A DNA stretch of 64,000 nt, taken from assembly GCA_947085465.1 (NCBI GenBank), contig CAMTWQ010000015.1, forward strand, positions 1,201 through 65,200, in the 5' to 3' direction. Positions 40,234 through 49,133 of the stretch are shown here, piece after piece. Source of the DNA: an uncultured Alphaproteobacteria bacterium (GTDB lineage: Bacteria; Pseudomonadota; Alphaproteobacteria; UBA11222). The translations under genes and the position numbers were made by a program. The notes under the pieces are model-generated. The model did not search any database and was not told the DNA's origin. It saw nothing but the letters and a program-made list of their open reading frames with translations. Position 1 is the stretch's first letter. Each line of letters starts with the position of its first letter.

Positions 40234-41136
40234 ATGTCGATCCGGTTTGATGGCAAAGTCGCGATTATCACCGGCGCGGGCGGCGGGCTGGGGCGTTCAC
40301 ACGCGCTGCAACTGGCCCAGCTTGGCGCAAAGGTCGTGGTCAACGATCTGGGTGGCAATGTCGATGGCACAGGCGGCTCCAGCGAGGCGGCCGCAAAGGT
40401 TGTTGCCGAGATCAAGGCGGCGGGCGGCCAGGCGATCGCCAACGGCTCCAGCGTCACCGATAAGCAGGGTGTGGAAAACCTCGTCAAACAGGCCATGGAC
40501 GCCTATGGCCGCATCGATCTGCTGGTCAATAATGCGGGCATTTTGCGCGACAAAAGCTTTGCCAAAGTATCGCTTGAGGATTTTCAGCTCATCGTCGATG
40601 TGCATCTGATGGGCGCTGTCTATGTGACCAAAGCGGTATGGCCCATCATGATTGAACAGAATTATGGCCGCATCGTCATGGTTACGTCGGGCAGCGGCCT
40701 GTTTGGAAATTTCGGCCAGACCAATTACGCCGCCGCCAAGCTTGGCCAGGTCGGACTGATGAACGCGCTGAAACAGGAAGGCCGCAAGTATAACATCAAG
40801 GTCAACACGCTGGCCCCGATTGCCGCGACGCGCATGACCGAGGCCATCATGCCGCCCCAGGCGCTTGCAGCGCTAAAGCCGGAACTAGTCTCGCCCGCCG
40901 TTCTGTTCATGCTGAGCGAGGACGCGCCCAATGGCGTCATCATTACCGCCGGAGCTGGTTTCTTTGCCGCCGTCAAGACGATTGAGGCGCAAGGCATGCT
41001 GATCCCGGGCGCCGTGAGCGCCGATGACGTGGCCGCCAATTGGGATACGATCAGCGACTTCAACAACGCAGTCACCTATGAAAGCGTCAATGACGGCACC
41101 GGCCGGGTGTTCAAACTCTTGTCCGGCAAGGCCTGA
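40234..41136 (+). CDS. SDR family oxidoreductase, MFE-2/3-hydroxyacyl-CoA dehydrogenase-like
   Basis: It has GKVAIITGAGGGLGRSHAL...VVVNDLGG, NNAG and YAAAKLG motifs. Confidence 0.75.
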   Translation: MSIRFDGKVAIITGAGGGLGRSHALQLAQLGAKVVVNDLGGNVDGTGGSSEAAAKVVAEIKAAGGQAIANGSSVTDKQGVENLVKQAMDAYGRIDLLVNNAGILRDKSFAKVSLEDFQLIVDVHLMGAVYVTKAVWPIMIEQNYGRIVMVTSGSGLFGNFGQTNYAAAKLGQVGLMNALKQEGRKYNIKVNTLAPIAATRMTEAIMPPQALAALKPELVSPAVLFMLSEDAPNGVIITAGAGFFAAVKTIEAQGMLIPGAVSADDVAANWDTISDFNNAVTYESVNDGTGRVFKLLSGKA

Positions 41137-41147
41137 TTAACGCGATC

Positions 41148-41699
41148 CTATTCCACGGTGATCGTAATCGGCGCGGAATACACCGGAGTCTTGTGCGGGA
41201 TATGATTGTGGTCGCCCAGCAGCAATTGCAATGTGTGCCTGCCAGGAGCCAACTCCAGCATTGCTTCGGTCTGCCCGCCGCCGAAATGCAGGTGTTGCGG
41301 ATCTTTCGCGATAGCTTCATTGAGCGTTTCACCGGCAGGTAACGGCGCATCCACCAGCAAATGGTGATGGCCGGTATTTTCCTTCTCAACGCCTGCGGGC
41401 GCAACCCCCATGCCGCGCATGCCAAACACCACCTGCACGGGCGACTTGAGCTTGGCGCCATCCGCCGGGCTGATGAAATACACCTTGGCGCCATCCGGGA
41501 CTGGGGTCTCGCCCGCCTGTACAGGCGAAATCAGCCACAACACGACGGCTGCAACGCCGCTTAGACCATTTCCTGATCGGATTGAATCAATCCGATCAGG
41601 AAATGGTCTAACACATTCAAATAGAGCCTTTCTTATCCGGTCAGGTTGGTTCAACCTGACCGGGAAAGGCTCTAGCAGACTGCTCACATCTTTTTTCAC
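41148..41699 (-). CDS. DUF4399-domain secreted protein whose signal-peptide region is interrupted by a repeat element
   Basis: The start is GTG 41699 with GGAG 8 nt upstream. The GHHHLLVD motif is present. The N-terminus reads MKKDVSSL, then a 37-38 aa repeat-encoded segment, then SGVAAVVLWLISPVQA|GETP. Confidence 0.65.
   Translation of the reverse strand: MKKDVSSLLEPFPVRLNQPDRIRKALFECVRPFPDRIDSIRSGNGLSGVAAVVLWLISPVQAGETPVPDGAKVYFISPADGAKLKSPVQVVFGMRGMGVAPAGVEKENTGHHHLLVDAPLPAGETLNEAIAKDPQHLHFGGGQTEAMLELAPGRHTLQLLLGDHNHIPHKTPVYSAPITITVE
41562..41675. repeat. composite hairpin repeat (C unit, linker, D unit)
   Basis: The C unit (41562-41610) is a perfect 24-bp-arm palindrome, tagaccatttcctgatcggattga-a-tcaatccgatcaggaaatggtcta. 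The linker is acacattcaaa. The D unit (41622-41675) is tagagcctttcttatccggtcaggttg..caacctgaccgggaaaggctctag. Confidence 0.85.
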
Positions 41700-41722
41700 T
41701 GCATATTCTCCATGTTTTCCAT

Positions 41723-41861
41723 TAGAGCAGCCCGCATTTAAGTGGAGTCACTTTGTGCCCCCAGTTAAATGCGGAAAGCTGCTCTAACACATTAAAATCT
41801 AGAGCAATTTTCTTTATTAAGTTCGAGCCTCATGGCTCGAACTTAATGCAGATTGCTCTAG
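41723..41861. repeat. composite hairpin repeat (A unit, linker, B unit)
   Basis: The A unit (41723-41786) is tagagcagcccgcatttaagtgg...ccagttaaatgcggaaagctgctcta. The linker is acacattaaaat. The B unit (41799-41861) is ctagagcaattttctttattaagttcgagcctcatggctcgaacttaatgcagattgctctag. Confidence 0.85.
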
Positions 41862-42500
41862 CGCCAGCGCTGTGCGAAACCCGGTTTCAGGACTGCTCCA
41901 AATAGGTATATCAATATCTTTGCATAAGGCGATAGCTGGCTCCATCGAGGCCTGCGCCAGCAGGATCAATTCGGTGGTCATCGATACGCCGCGCAATCCA
42001 AGCGCGACTGTGCGATAATAGGCGTCCAGGTCGCCGCGCTCAAACAACGGCCAGGCGCTGAGGAATAAATGATCGGTCACGATCACGCTTGGCTGCTTTA
42101 AATATTCGGCGGATGAGCGCACCAGGCTAGCAGTGGCGCTAACGGCCGTAGCCAGCGTGCCGCACACCGCAATATGCCTTGTGTGCAACACGGCCTGATC
42201 CGCCATTGGGCGATCGATGCGCAACACCGGAATCGGCGCATCCGCATCAAACGCTTCCGCCACCGGCCCAAGCGTCGAGCAGGTGCAAATGAGCACATGC
42301 GCTTCTGGCGTCAAGGCTCCCGTCATTGCTTCAAACGCTGCTTCCTGCACCAGACCGGTAATGCCCCCTTGCGCCACCGCCAGGCTGAGCAAATCCTCAC
42401 GCACCACATGACGCACGCCAATCTCGGGGGCAATCCGGTCGCGCAATGCGTCAAATGTGGCGACGTGAACATCTGAGGTGTGCAGAAAAACGATCGTCAT
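41817..42500 (-). CDS. Asp/Glu/hydantoin-racemase-superfamily protein (arylmalonate-decarboxylase-like)
   Basis: The protein is 227 aa with MTIVFLHTSDVH and ICTCSTLGP motifs. The last 15 codons (LEQSALSSSHEART) and the stop codon lie inside repeat unit B. Confidence 0.45.
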   Translation of the reverse strand: MTIVFLHTSDVHVATFDALRDRIAPEIGVRHVVREDLLSLAVAQGGITGLVQEAAFEAMTGALTPEAHVLICTCSTLGPVAEAFDADAPIPVLRIDRPMADQAVLHTRHIAVCGTLATAVSATASLVRSSAEYLKQPSVIVTDHLFLSAWPLFERGDLDAYYRTVALGLRGVSMTTELILLAQASMEPAIALCKDIDIPIWSSPETGFRTALALEQSALSSSHEART

Positions 42501-42779
42501 TTCACCCCTTTCAGCTTCATGCGGGTTACGAAGGCGTCATCACCCGTATCCTTGTTTAGCGCGATCTTGCCTGCCGCAACGCCAATTATAAAGCAGAATT
42601 GAACGCTCTATCGCGATAACGCAATATTCACTAGCGGGCGGCTAAAAAAACCCGCTAAAACTCTCCTTTACGGCGGTCATTACCAGGTTGGTAACGCTCT
42701 GGCGCCTTAATAGCTTGGATCAGCACGCCAGCCATGCGCTATCTATGGGAATTTGGGCTTTTTGGATTAGCCGGGTGAA

Positions 42780-44630
42780 ATGGGAACGGTAACAAAAAAG
42801 CGGTTTTCCGGGCCGGATTATTCTGGCGCAACAGGCGGACTCCCAGCCCGGGCGTCAGCACGCGCTTGCCTGGCAGTGTTGTTAGCATTGTCAGGTTGCG
42901 CCTCTGGCCCGCCCGCTGACCAAGGATATAATTACGCCGCCGCGACATCCCCGGCAATGGCCCCTGGCAAACAACCGCCTGCCAAGGCTGGTAATGGCGC
43001 ATCCCTGTACGGCAATTTTCTCGCCAGCCTGCATGCGCGGGCGCAAAATGATAGCGCCAATGCGGCGGCTTATATGTCGCGCGTCCTGGCGTACGATCCG
43101 CAAAACCCGGCTATTCTGAATGCGGTTTTTCTGCTGAAAGTACAGGAAGGCGCGTTTGAAGAAGCGATTCCGCTGGCTGGACAAGTGCTTCAGGCAGACC
43201 CCGGCAATCAGATCGCCGGGCTGGTTTTGGTTGGCGATGCGTTTCGCAGAAAGGATTATTCCAGAGCTAAACAGCACCTTGTGAATACCGATGAGCGAGG
43301 TTTAGGCGGGCTGCTTGGGCCGCTCATGCTGGGCTGGGCGGAAAGCGGCTTGGGCAACACAGATAAAGCGCTGTCTGATCTTGCGCCGCTTTCTCAGCGC
43401 AAAGCGTTTGAGGTCTTTTATGTTTACCACGCGGCTCTTATCAACGCGCTGGCCAGCCGTGAGCAAAGCGCCAGCGAATTGTTTGCTCAAACACTGCGCA
43501 ATCCTGGCGGCGGATCGTTGCGCGTTGCGCAGGTATATGGGCAATTTTTGGAGGCGCGCGGTCGCCACAGGGATGCAGCGGATGTTTATAGCGGCATTCT
43601 GGAACGTGCGCCGCAGCATCCTTCGATGATGCTTGCGCTGGCCCGTGCGCAAGCCAGCCGGGGCGCACCAGTTCTGGTCAACGATGCGGCTGACGGCGCT
43701 GCCGAGGCGCTGTACGGCATTGGCAGTGTGCTAAGCCAGGAGGATGGCGCAGCCCAATTACCTCTCATTTATCTCCGCCTTGCCACATACATGAAGCCGG
43801 ATTTTTTCGAGGCGCAAGCCCTACTTGCCGGCCTGCTTGAGAGCATGCAGCGCTGGGACGAAGCGATAGCAATTTATTCCAAACTACCCAAGTCTTCGCC
43901 ATTATATGAAAATACGCAAATACAAATGGCGTTGGTTGAAGATCGTGCGGGCCGTAGCGATGCCGCAATTAGCAGCCTGCGCAAGCTGCTAGAAGAAAAC
44001 CCCGGAAATTTGGACGCGATGACGGCGTTGGCGGATTTATTGCGCTCAAGGGAGCTCTATGCTGAAGCGGCGGTTGCTTACAGCAAATCCATCCGTAACA
44101 TTGGGGAACTGCAAGCGCACCACTGGGTGTTGTTATACGCTCGCGGGATGTGTTTGGAGCGAACAGGAAACTGGCAAGACGCAGAGCGTGATTTGCAACA
44201 CGCCCTTAAGCTTGAACCCGATCAGCCGCTGGTGCTGAATTACCTCGCTTATGGCTGGATTGAGCATGGGGTCCGGCTCAAGGAAGCGCGCGCGATGGTT
44301 CAAAATGCCGCCCTCCAGCGCCCTAATGACGGCGCGATTATTGACAGTCTCGGCTGGGCGCTATACCGCATGGGCGATTATTCAGGCGCCGTCGGCGCGC
44401 TGGAGAACGCCATCACCTTGCGGCCACAAGATCCCGTCATCAATGATCATCTGGGGGATGCATACTGGCGGGCTGGCCGCAAACTGGAAGCCAGGTTCCA
44501 ATGGCGTCGGGCGCTTTTATTCAAACCTGAACCGGCGCTGGTGCGCGAAATTGAAAAAAAACTCGAAACTGGCTCTGATCAGGAAGCGCCAAAACAAAAG
44601 CTGGTGAATACGGATTTGGGAAAAATTTGA
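42780..44630 (+). CDS. tetratricopeptide-repeat lipoprotein
   Basis: It has the lipobox LLALSGC and many TPR-like helices. The position upstream of ispE is common in alphaproteobacteria. Confidence 0.7.
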   Translation: MGTVTKKRFSGPDYSGATGGLPARASARACLAVLLALSGCASGPPADQGYNYAAATSPAMAPGKQPPAKAGNGASLYGNFLASLHARAQNDSANAAAYMSRVLAYDPQNPAILNAVFLLKVQEGAFEEAIPLAGQVLQADPGNQIAGLVLVGDAFRRKDYSRAKQHLVNTDERGLGGLLGPLMLGWAESGLGNTDKALSDLAPLSQRKAFEVFYVYHAALINALASREQSASELFAQTLRNPGGGSLRVAQVYGQFLEARGRHRDAADVYSGILERAPQHPSMMLALARAQASRGAPVLVNDAADGAAEALYGIGSVLSQEDGAAQLPLIYLRLATYMKPDFFEAQALLAGLLESMQRWDEAIAIYSKLPKSSPLYENTQIQMALVEDRAGRSDAAISSLRKLLEENPGNLDAMTALADLLRSRELYAEAAVAYSKSIRNIGELQAHHWVLLYARGMCLERTGNWQDAERDLQHALKLEPDQPLVLNYLAYGWIEHGVRLKEARAMVQNAALQRPNDGAIIDSLGWALYRMGDYSGAVGALENAITLRPQDPVINDHLGDAYWRAGRKLEARFQWRRALLFKPEPALVREIEKKLETGSDQEAPKQKLVNTDLGKI

Positions 44631-44660
44631 GCGCGCGCTCATGAAGTCAATCATCGCGTC

Positions 44661-45554
44661 ATGACCGGCTTACGGCTAATAGCGCCAGCCAAGGTCAATC
44701 TGTATCTGCATGTGCTGGGACGCAATGCGCGCGGTTATCATCTGTTAGATAGTTTAACGGTGTTTACCGAGGCTGGCGATTGCCTGAGCGTAAGTCCTGA
44801 TGAGGCGCTGTCCTTGCATGTGTCAGGCCCGTTCGCTGGCGCCATTGGACCTGCCGCATCGAATTTAGTAATGCGCGCGGCGATTGGCCTGGCAAAGGCG
44901 GCGGGCCTTTCTCAGCCGGGCGCACGAATTGAATTGATCAAAAATTTGCCGCCTGCCAGCGGCATTGGCGGCGGCTCCTCGGATGCGGCGGCCGCTATCC
45001 GGTTGCTGTCGCGCCTATGGAATATCACGCTTGATTCGCAGGGTGAAATGCAGCTAGCGCTGGGGCTCGGCGCCGATGTCCCTGTCTGCCTTATGGGCAT
45101 TCCGGCGCTTGTTTCCGGGATTGGGGATCAGTTAGAACCCGCACCAGCTCTGCCACAGGTTTACATGCTGCTGGCCAATCCAGGCAGGGAATTACCCACG
45201 GGGCAGGTATTCCAAAATCTTAAAGGACGGTTTGGCGAATCAGCAGCTACATTGCCCAGCCAAATTCAGGATGGGGGCGCATTGGCGAGGCTGCTAAATG
45301 AGCGCCGCAATGACTTGCAGGCGTCGGCCGCTGAATTGGTTCCCGAGATTGGGAAGTTGCTAGCCACGCTTTTGGCCCAGGAAGGCTGCCAAATGGCCCG
45401 GATGTCAGGCAGTGGGGCGACCTGTTTTGCAATATTTCCCAGCGCATCCCTAATGCGCGCCGCCGCCCGCGCCGTTTCAGGGGTGATGCCGGATTGCTGG
45501 TCAATGGAGACCAAAAGTCGCGCCTCTAAAGCCGAGATAGAGTTGCATGAGTAG
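44661..45554 (+). CDS. ispE: 4-diphosphocytidyl-2-C-methyl-D-erythritol kinase
   Basis: It has APAKVNLYLHVLGR and the GHMP motif PPASGIGGGSSDAAA. Confidence 0.9.
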   Translation: MTGLRLIAPAKVNLYLHVLGRNARGYHLLDSLTVFTEAGDCLSVSPDEALSLHVSGPFAGAIGPAASNLVMRAAIGLAKAAGLSQPGARIELIKNLPPASGIGGGSSDAAAAIRLLSRLWNITLDSQGEMQLALGLGADVPVCLMGIPALVSGIGDQLEPAPALPQVYMLLANPGRELPTGQVFQNLKGRFGESAATLPSQIQDGGALARLLNERRNDLQASAAELVPEIGKLLATLLAQEGCQMARMSGSGATCFAIFPSASLMRAAARAVSGVMPDCWSMETKSRASKAEIELHE

Positions 45555-45581
45555 CGAATGATTAACTGCATTGTAGGTACA

Positions 45582-45717
45582 AGAGCAATCTGCATTAAGT
45601 TCGAGCCACGAGGCTCGAACTTAATAAAGAAAATTGCTTGATTTTAATGTGTTAGAGCAGCTTTCCGCGATTAAGTGGGGGCACGACGTGACTCCACTTA
45701 ATCGCGGGCTGCTCTAG
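45582..45717. repeat. composite hairpin repeat (B-linker-A, inverted relative to 41723-41861)
   Basis: The reverse complement aligns with 41723-41861 along its whole length, with a few substitutions and a 3-nt deletion. The linker acacattaaaat is identical. Confidence 0.85.
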
Positions 45718-45987
45718 TGGCTGCCGGCAGGGATATTCAGATGGTAATTGCCTTTGTTAAGGCGCTAGCAGGCTACTAAACCGTTGCGAAATAGTGACGA
45801 CGCCGGAAAATTAGGTGTCATCTTAGTCATAATTTCGACATGGGTGATTGATTATATGCGCGTATGGGTATTGTATCGGCGACTAAGATACATTATGCAC
45901 GAAGAAGTTATCTGGGGTGGTGGGTTTGCCACTAGGGTGAGCCAGACGCTGGTGTCCGGCGGCAGAGTGAAACAGATGGAGTTTGCG

Positions 45988-46302
45988 ATGAATAAGCCTT
46001 TTATAGCCATTGGGTTAGCCTTGGCCCTTGCATTGACGCCGGTGGTTGCGTTTGCCCAAACCGGCGCTGAGGGAGCAGGCGGCACAACTGGCGGCACGTC
46101 AACTGCTGGCACCGGCACAGCTGCTGGCGGCGTTGGCGGGGGTGTTGCGGGGACCGGGCTTGGCGTTGGCGCACTGGCGGCGGCGGCGGCGGCGGCGGCG
46201 GCAATCGCGGCCGGAGTTGCAGCGGCCGGCGGCAATGATAATAACAACAATGTGTTTGTTGACACCACCACTACGACAACTACAACGACATCGTCTAATT
46301 AG
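45988..46302 (+). CDS. small secreted Gly/Ala/Thr-rich low-complexity protein
   Basis: ATG 45988 has GGAG 6 nt upstream. The signal peptide is MNKPFIAIGLALALALTPVVAFA|QTG. The rest is GAGGTTGGTSTAGTGTAAGG..., then A9, NDNNNN, T9 and SSN. Confidence 0.55.
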   Translation: MNKPFIAIGLALALALTPVVAFAQTGAEGAGGTTGGTSTAGTGTAAGGVGGGVAGTGLGVGALAAAAAAAAAIAAGVAAAGGNDNNNNVFVDTTTTTTTTTSSN

Positions 46303-46316
46303 TATTTATAACAAAT

Positions 46317-46341
46317 CCCCGCTTTCATGTGGGGTTTGTTT
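46317..46341 (+). terminator. rho-independent terminator
   Basis: The stem ccccgc (46317-46322) pairs with gtgggg (46329-46334) around the loop tttcat, followed by tttgttt. It lies 14 nt after the stop codon. Confidence 0.55.
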
Positions 46342-46416
46342 GCGCTTGCCGTTTAAGAGGCTGATCAGCGGGCGACATTGCCAAGCTCTGATTGCCTAGC
46401 CCAATCCGCCAGCTCA

Positions 46417-47271
46417 CTAATCCGCCAGCTCAATGGACCGGCGCGTTGCGCTCAACACGGCCCTGGTCAGCAATTGCTGTAAACCATCTGTTCCCATCAA
46501 AATATCCATTGCCGCCGCTGTCGTGCCTCCTGGGCTGGTGACATTTTCACGCAGTACAGATGCTGGCAGCGCAGATTGCGCCGCCAATTCGCCTGCGCCA
46601 TTTACCGTTGCCACCGCAAGCCGATGCGCGAGCTGCGTGTTAAGCCCGGCCTCGATGCCGGCCTTTGCCAGCGCCTCAATCAGTAAAAACACGTACGCTG
46701 GGCCGCTGCCAGACACCGCCGTTACGGGGTCAAGCAAGGCTTCGTCCTCAATCCACTCCACAGCACCTACAGAACCCAGCAAGGCCGCCGCCAGCGCCCG
46801 CTGGACGGCGCTCACATGACTGTTAGGGTAAAGCACCGTGATACCCCGCTGGACAGCGGCCGGCAGGTTTGGCATGGCCCTCACAATGGCGGCATCGGCG
46901 CCAAAAATCTGTTCAAAAAAACCTATCGTCTTGCCAGCGGCGATTGACACGATCATCGCGCCCGGCGTCACTAACGGCAGAAAAGCCGGTAGCGCCTGGC
47001 CCATCGTCTGCGGCTTAAGCGCAAGAATCATCACCACCGCATCACGCACAGAACCGATCTCCGGATTGAGCCGCAAACCGGTTTTGGCCGTCAGCGCCAG
47101 TAATTCCAGAGAAGGGGCTGGTTCAAAAACCACCACACGCGCAGGCGCTATGCCAGCGCCAAGCCAGCCATCCAGCAATGCGCCCCCCATCTTGCCCGCC
47201 CCCGCCAGAACCAGCGAGCCGGTCAGATGTTTTGAAAATACGATTCCTGCATCCTGCGGCACACTAATCAC
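46417..47271 (-). CDS. proC: pyrroline-5-carboxylate reductase
   Basis: It has LVLAGAGKMGGALLDGW (Rossmann) and VTSPGGTTAAAM. The preferred start is GTG at 47271, which forms a GTGA overlap with the upstream stop. Confidence 0.85.
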   Translation of the reverse strand: MISVPQDAGIVFSKHLTGSLVLAGAGKMGGALLDGWLGAGIAPARVVVFEPAPSLELLALTAKTGLRLNPEIGSVRDAVVMILALKPQTMGQALPAFLPLVTPGAMIVSIAAGKTIGFFEQIFGADAAIVRAMPNLPAAVQRGITVLYPNSHVSAVQRALAAALLGSVGAVEWIEDEALLDPVTAVSGSGPAYVFLLIEALAKAGIEAGLNTQLAHRLAVATVNGAGELAAQSALPASVLRENVTSPGGTTAAAMDILMGTDGLQQLLTRAVLSATRRSIELAD

Positions 47272-47783
47272 GCTTCGCCCTGGGTCTCGAACAGGCAAAT
47301 CTTAGCTGCGTCATTGGCGCTCATGCCTGCCCAAAGCACATATTGCAACGCTGGGAAGAAACTCTCGCACGCCTCTAATGTCAAATCGATCACATCCTCG
47401 CATTGGGCAGGGCAGAGCGGGGCGCCCCGGAGCGGCATGCCAAACCGGAAAAGGATCGTGCGCTCTTCGTCCCAGAAATCAAAGTGCCCCAGCCAATTCT
47501 GCGCATTCATCAGCGCCAGAAGATGCATTACTTCGGCCTTGCGCAGCTCCGGGACGCGTAGGTCGAACATCAAGGTGACTTGTAACGCCTGACTGTCTGG
47601 CAGATAGCTGAACCCCACATGATGGTCGGTCCATCTGCCGCCGGAAAACAGGGTAAGTTCAAAATCCGACCCCCGGTCGTAAGCCGAGCGCCGCTCCCCC
47701 AGCACTGCTTCGACGACATCAATTGGGTTAATATTCTCACGGCCCCGCGTAGTAAACATCCGCGCCGGACTGTCTTGCGCCAT
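47268..47783 (-). CDS. YbjN-domain protein
   Basis: The start is MAQDSPARMF (ATG 47783, ggggaga upstream). The position upstream of proC and the overall pattern fit the family, but the assignment is only moderate. Confidence 0.5.
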   Translation of the reverse strand: MAQDSPARMFTTRGRENINPIDVVEAVLGERRSAYDRGSDFELTLFSGGRWTDHHVGFSYLPDSQALQVTLMFDLRVPELRKAEVMHLLALMNAQNWLGHFDFWDEERTILFRFGMPLRGAPLCPAQCEDVIDLTLEACESFFPALQYVLWAGMSANDAAKICLFETQGEA

Positions 47784-47943
47784 GCTGGGTTCTCCCCTCA
47801 CTGCCGGTTAATATCACCACATATAGTGATATAACTGAAACGCTCCACAAAATAGTGTAGCCGAGAGCATTTGCTTCGTCTATGCGCCATTTCATAGCGC
47901 CGGCAAAAATCCGGGGATACAGGCAGCATCAGCCGGCGTTTAC

Positions 47944-48231
47944 TCAGGCGGAGGAGGTTTTTGCAGATCGAGGCCGTTTGGCGCGGGTTACAGCCTGCGC
48001 TTCCAGCGCCGCGATTCGGGCTTCGAGCCTGTCGTTTTCCTCGCGGGCCGCAGCCGCCATGGCCTTTACCGCCTCGAATTCATCGCGCGCCACCAAATCA
48101 AAACCGTCCAGTAACCGCTCGACGCGCTGGCGGAATAGGCCGTCCAGTTCGCCCTTCATGCCCTGGGTGGCGCCCGCGGCGTTGGAAATCAGTTTGGCCA
48201 GATCGTCAAGAAAACGGTTTTCGGTTTGCAT
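47944..48231 (-). CDS. ubiK: UbiK/YqiC-family accessory factor (coiled coil)
   Basis: The sequence begins MQTENRFLDDLAKLISNAAGATQGMKGE...VARDEFEAVKAM (ATG 48231). Confidence 0.65.
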   Translation of the reverse strand: MQTENRFLDDLAKLISNAAGATQGMKGELDGLFRQRVERLLDGFDLVARDEFEAVKAMAAAAREENDRLEARIAALEAQAVTRAKRPRSAKTSSA

Positions 48232-48314
48232 GATGCCTCGCATGGCTGCATATCTTCAGTGTTTTTACGGCCTATATTCTCCGGCTGCAAGCGCAGCTCA
48301 TATTAACCCTCCCG

Positions 48315-49133
48315 GTGATGATGCTCAGCTTTCCGCAAATCGATCCTGTCGCCCTGCAAATTGGACCGTTAGCGATCCGCTGGTATGCGCTGGCGTATCT
48401 TGGCGGGATCATGCTGGGCTGGGCCTATGCGGTATGGCTGGTGCGCGATGAAAAATTGTGGCCGCACGCCAAGCCTCCCGCCACGGCTGAGCAGGTGGGC
48501 GATTTTATCACCTGGGTCACGCTTGGCATTATTCTTGGCGGAAGACTCGGTTATGCGCTGTTTTATAATACCAGTTATTATCTAGGCAATCCGGCTGAAA
48601 TTTTGAAAGTCTGGCAGGGCGGCATGTCGTTTCATGGCGGATTGCTTGGGGTTATTTTTGCGATTCTGCTGTTTGCAAGAAAGCATAAATTACCGTTGGG
48701 AAGTTTTGCCGATCTCATCGCCTGTGTGGTTCCGATTGGATTACTATTTGGGCGAATCGCCAACTTCATCAATGGGGAATTGTGGGGCCGGGTGAGTGAT
48801 GCGCCTATTGCGATGGTGTTCCCTGGCGGCGGGCCGTTGCCACGCCATCCAAGTCAGCTTTATGAAGCGGCATTGGAGGGGGCATTCCTGCTAGTGTTGA
48901 TCTATACGCTTATCCGCGCCACAAATGCGCTCAAGCGGACGTGGCTGGTGAACGGCGTTTTTGTCGCGGGGTATGGCGTGGCGCGCACTTTCGTTGAGTT
49001 TTTTCGCGAACCCGACGCGCAGATTGGTTTTCTCTCCCATGGCTTGACCATGGGCATGCTGCTTTCCCTGCCAATGATCATCACAGGGGCCTGCATGATC
49101 GTCATGACGCTTCGCCGTGCGGCAGCCCCGTGA
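48315..49133 (+). CDS. lgt: prolipoprotein diacylglyceryl transferase
   Basis: It has [39 protein letters not shown] and HPSQLYEA. Confidence 0.9.
   Translation: MMMLSFPQIDPVALQIGPLAIRWYALAYLGGIMLGWAYAVWLVRDEKLWPHAKPPATAEQVGDFITWVTLGIILGGRLGYALFYNTSYYLGNPAEILKVWQGGMSFHGGLLGVIFAILLFARKHKLPLGSFADLIACVVPIGLLFGRIANFINGELWGRVSDAPIAMVFPGGGPLPRHPSQLYEAALEGAFLLVLIYTLIRATNALKRTWLVNGVFVAGYGVARTFVEFFREPDAQIGFLSHGLTMGMLLSLPMIITGACMIVMTLRRAAAP

Noticed and set aside
41820-41845. The gttcgagcc-tcat-ggctcgaac hairpins (also at 8671 and 45600) superficially resemble a tRNA T-arm (GGTTCGA...), so I considered tRNA genes or tRNA-derived att sites.
   Set aside because: There is no acceptor, D or anticodon arm around any copy. 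The hairpin is the core of repeat unit B. I recognised no tRNA anywhere in the window.
41562-41861. I considered whether the clustered repeats form a CRISPR array.
   Set aside because: The units are long palindromes of four different types. There is no regular repeat-spacer periodicity, the copies are scattered over 45 kb, and no cas genes are present.
42501-42779. A 280-bp intergenic region upstream of the TPR-lipoprotein gene contains small hairpins (agcgggcggctaaaaaaacccgct and ttaccaggttggtaa). I considered an sRNA or a known ncRNA such as SRP, 6S or tmRNA.
   Set aside because: I could not recognise any conserved ncRNA core sequence. The hairpins are short and lack a convincing terminator U-tract on either strand. 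This needs a covariance-model scan (Rfam) to decide.
45784-45987. The ORF track gives a long version (172 aa) of the low-complexity protein gene.
   Set aside because: The first 68 codons fall in AT-rich, non-coding-looking sequence. The internal ATG at 45988 has a GGAG at the right distance and begins a canonical signal peptide.
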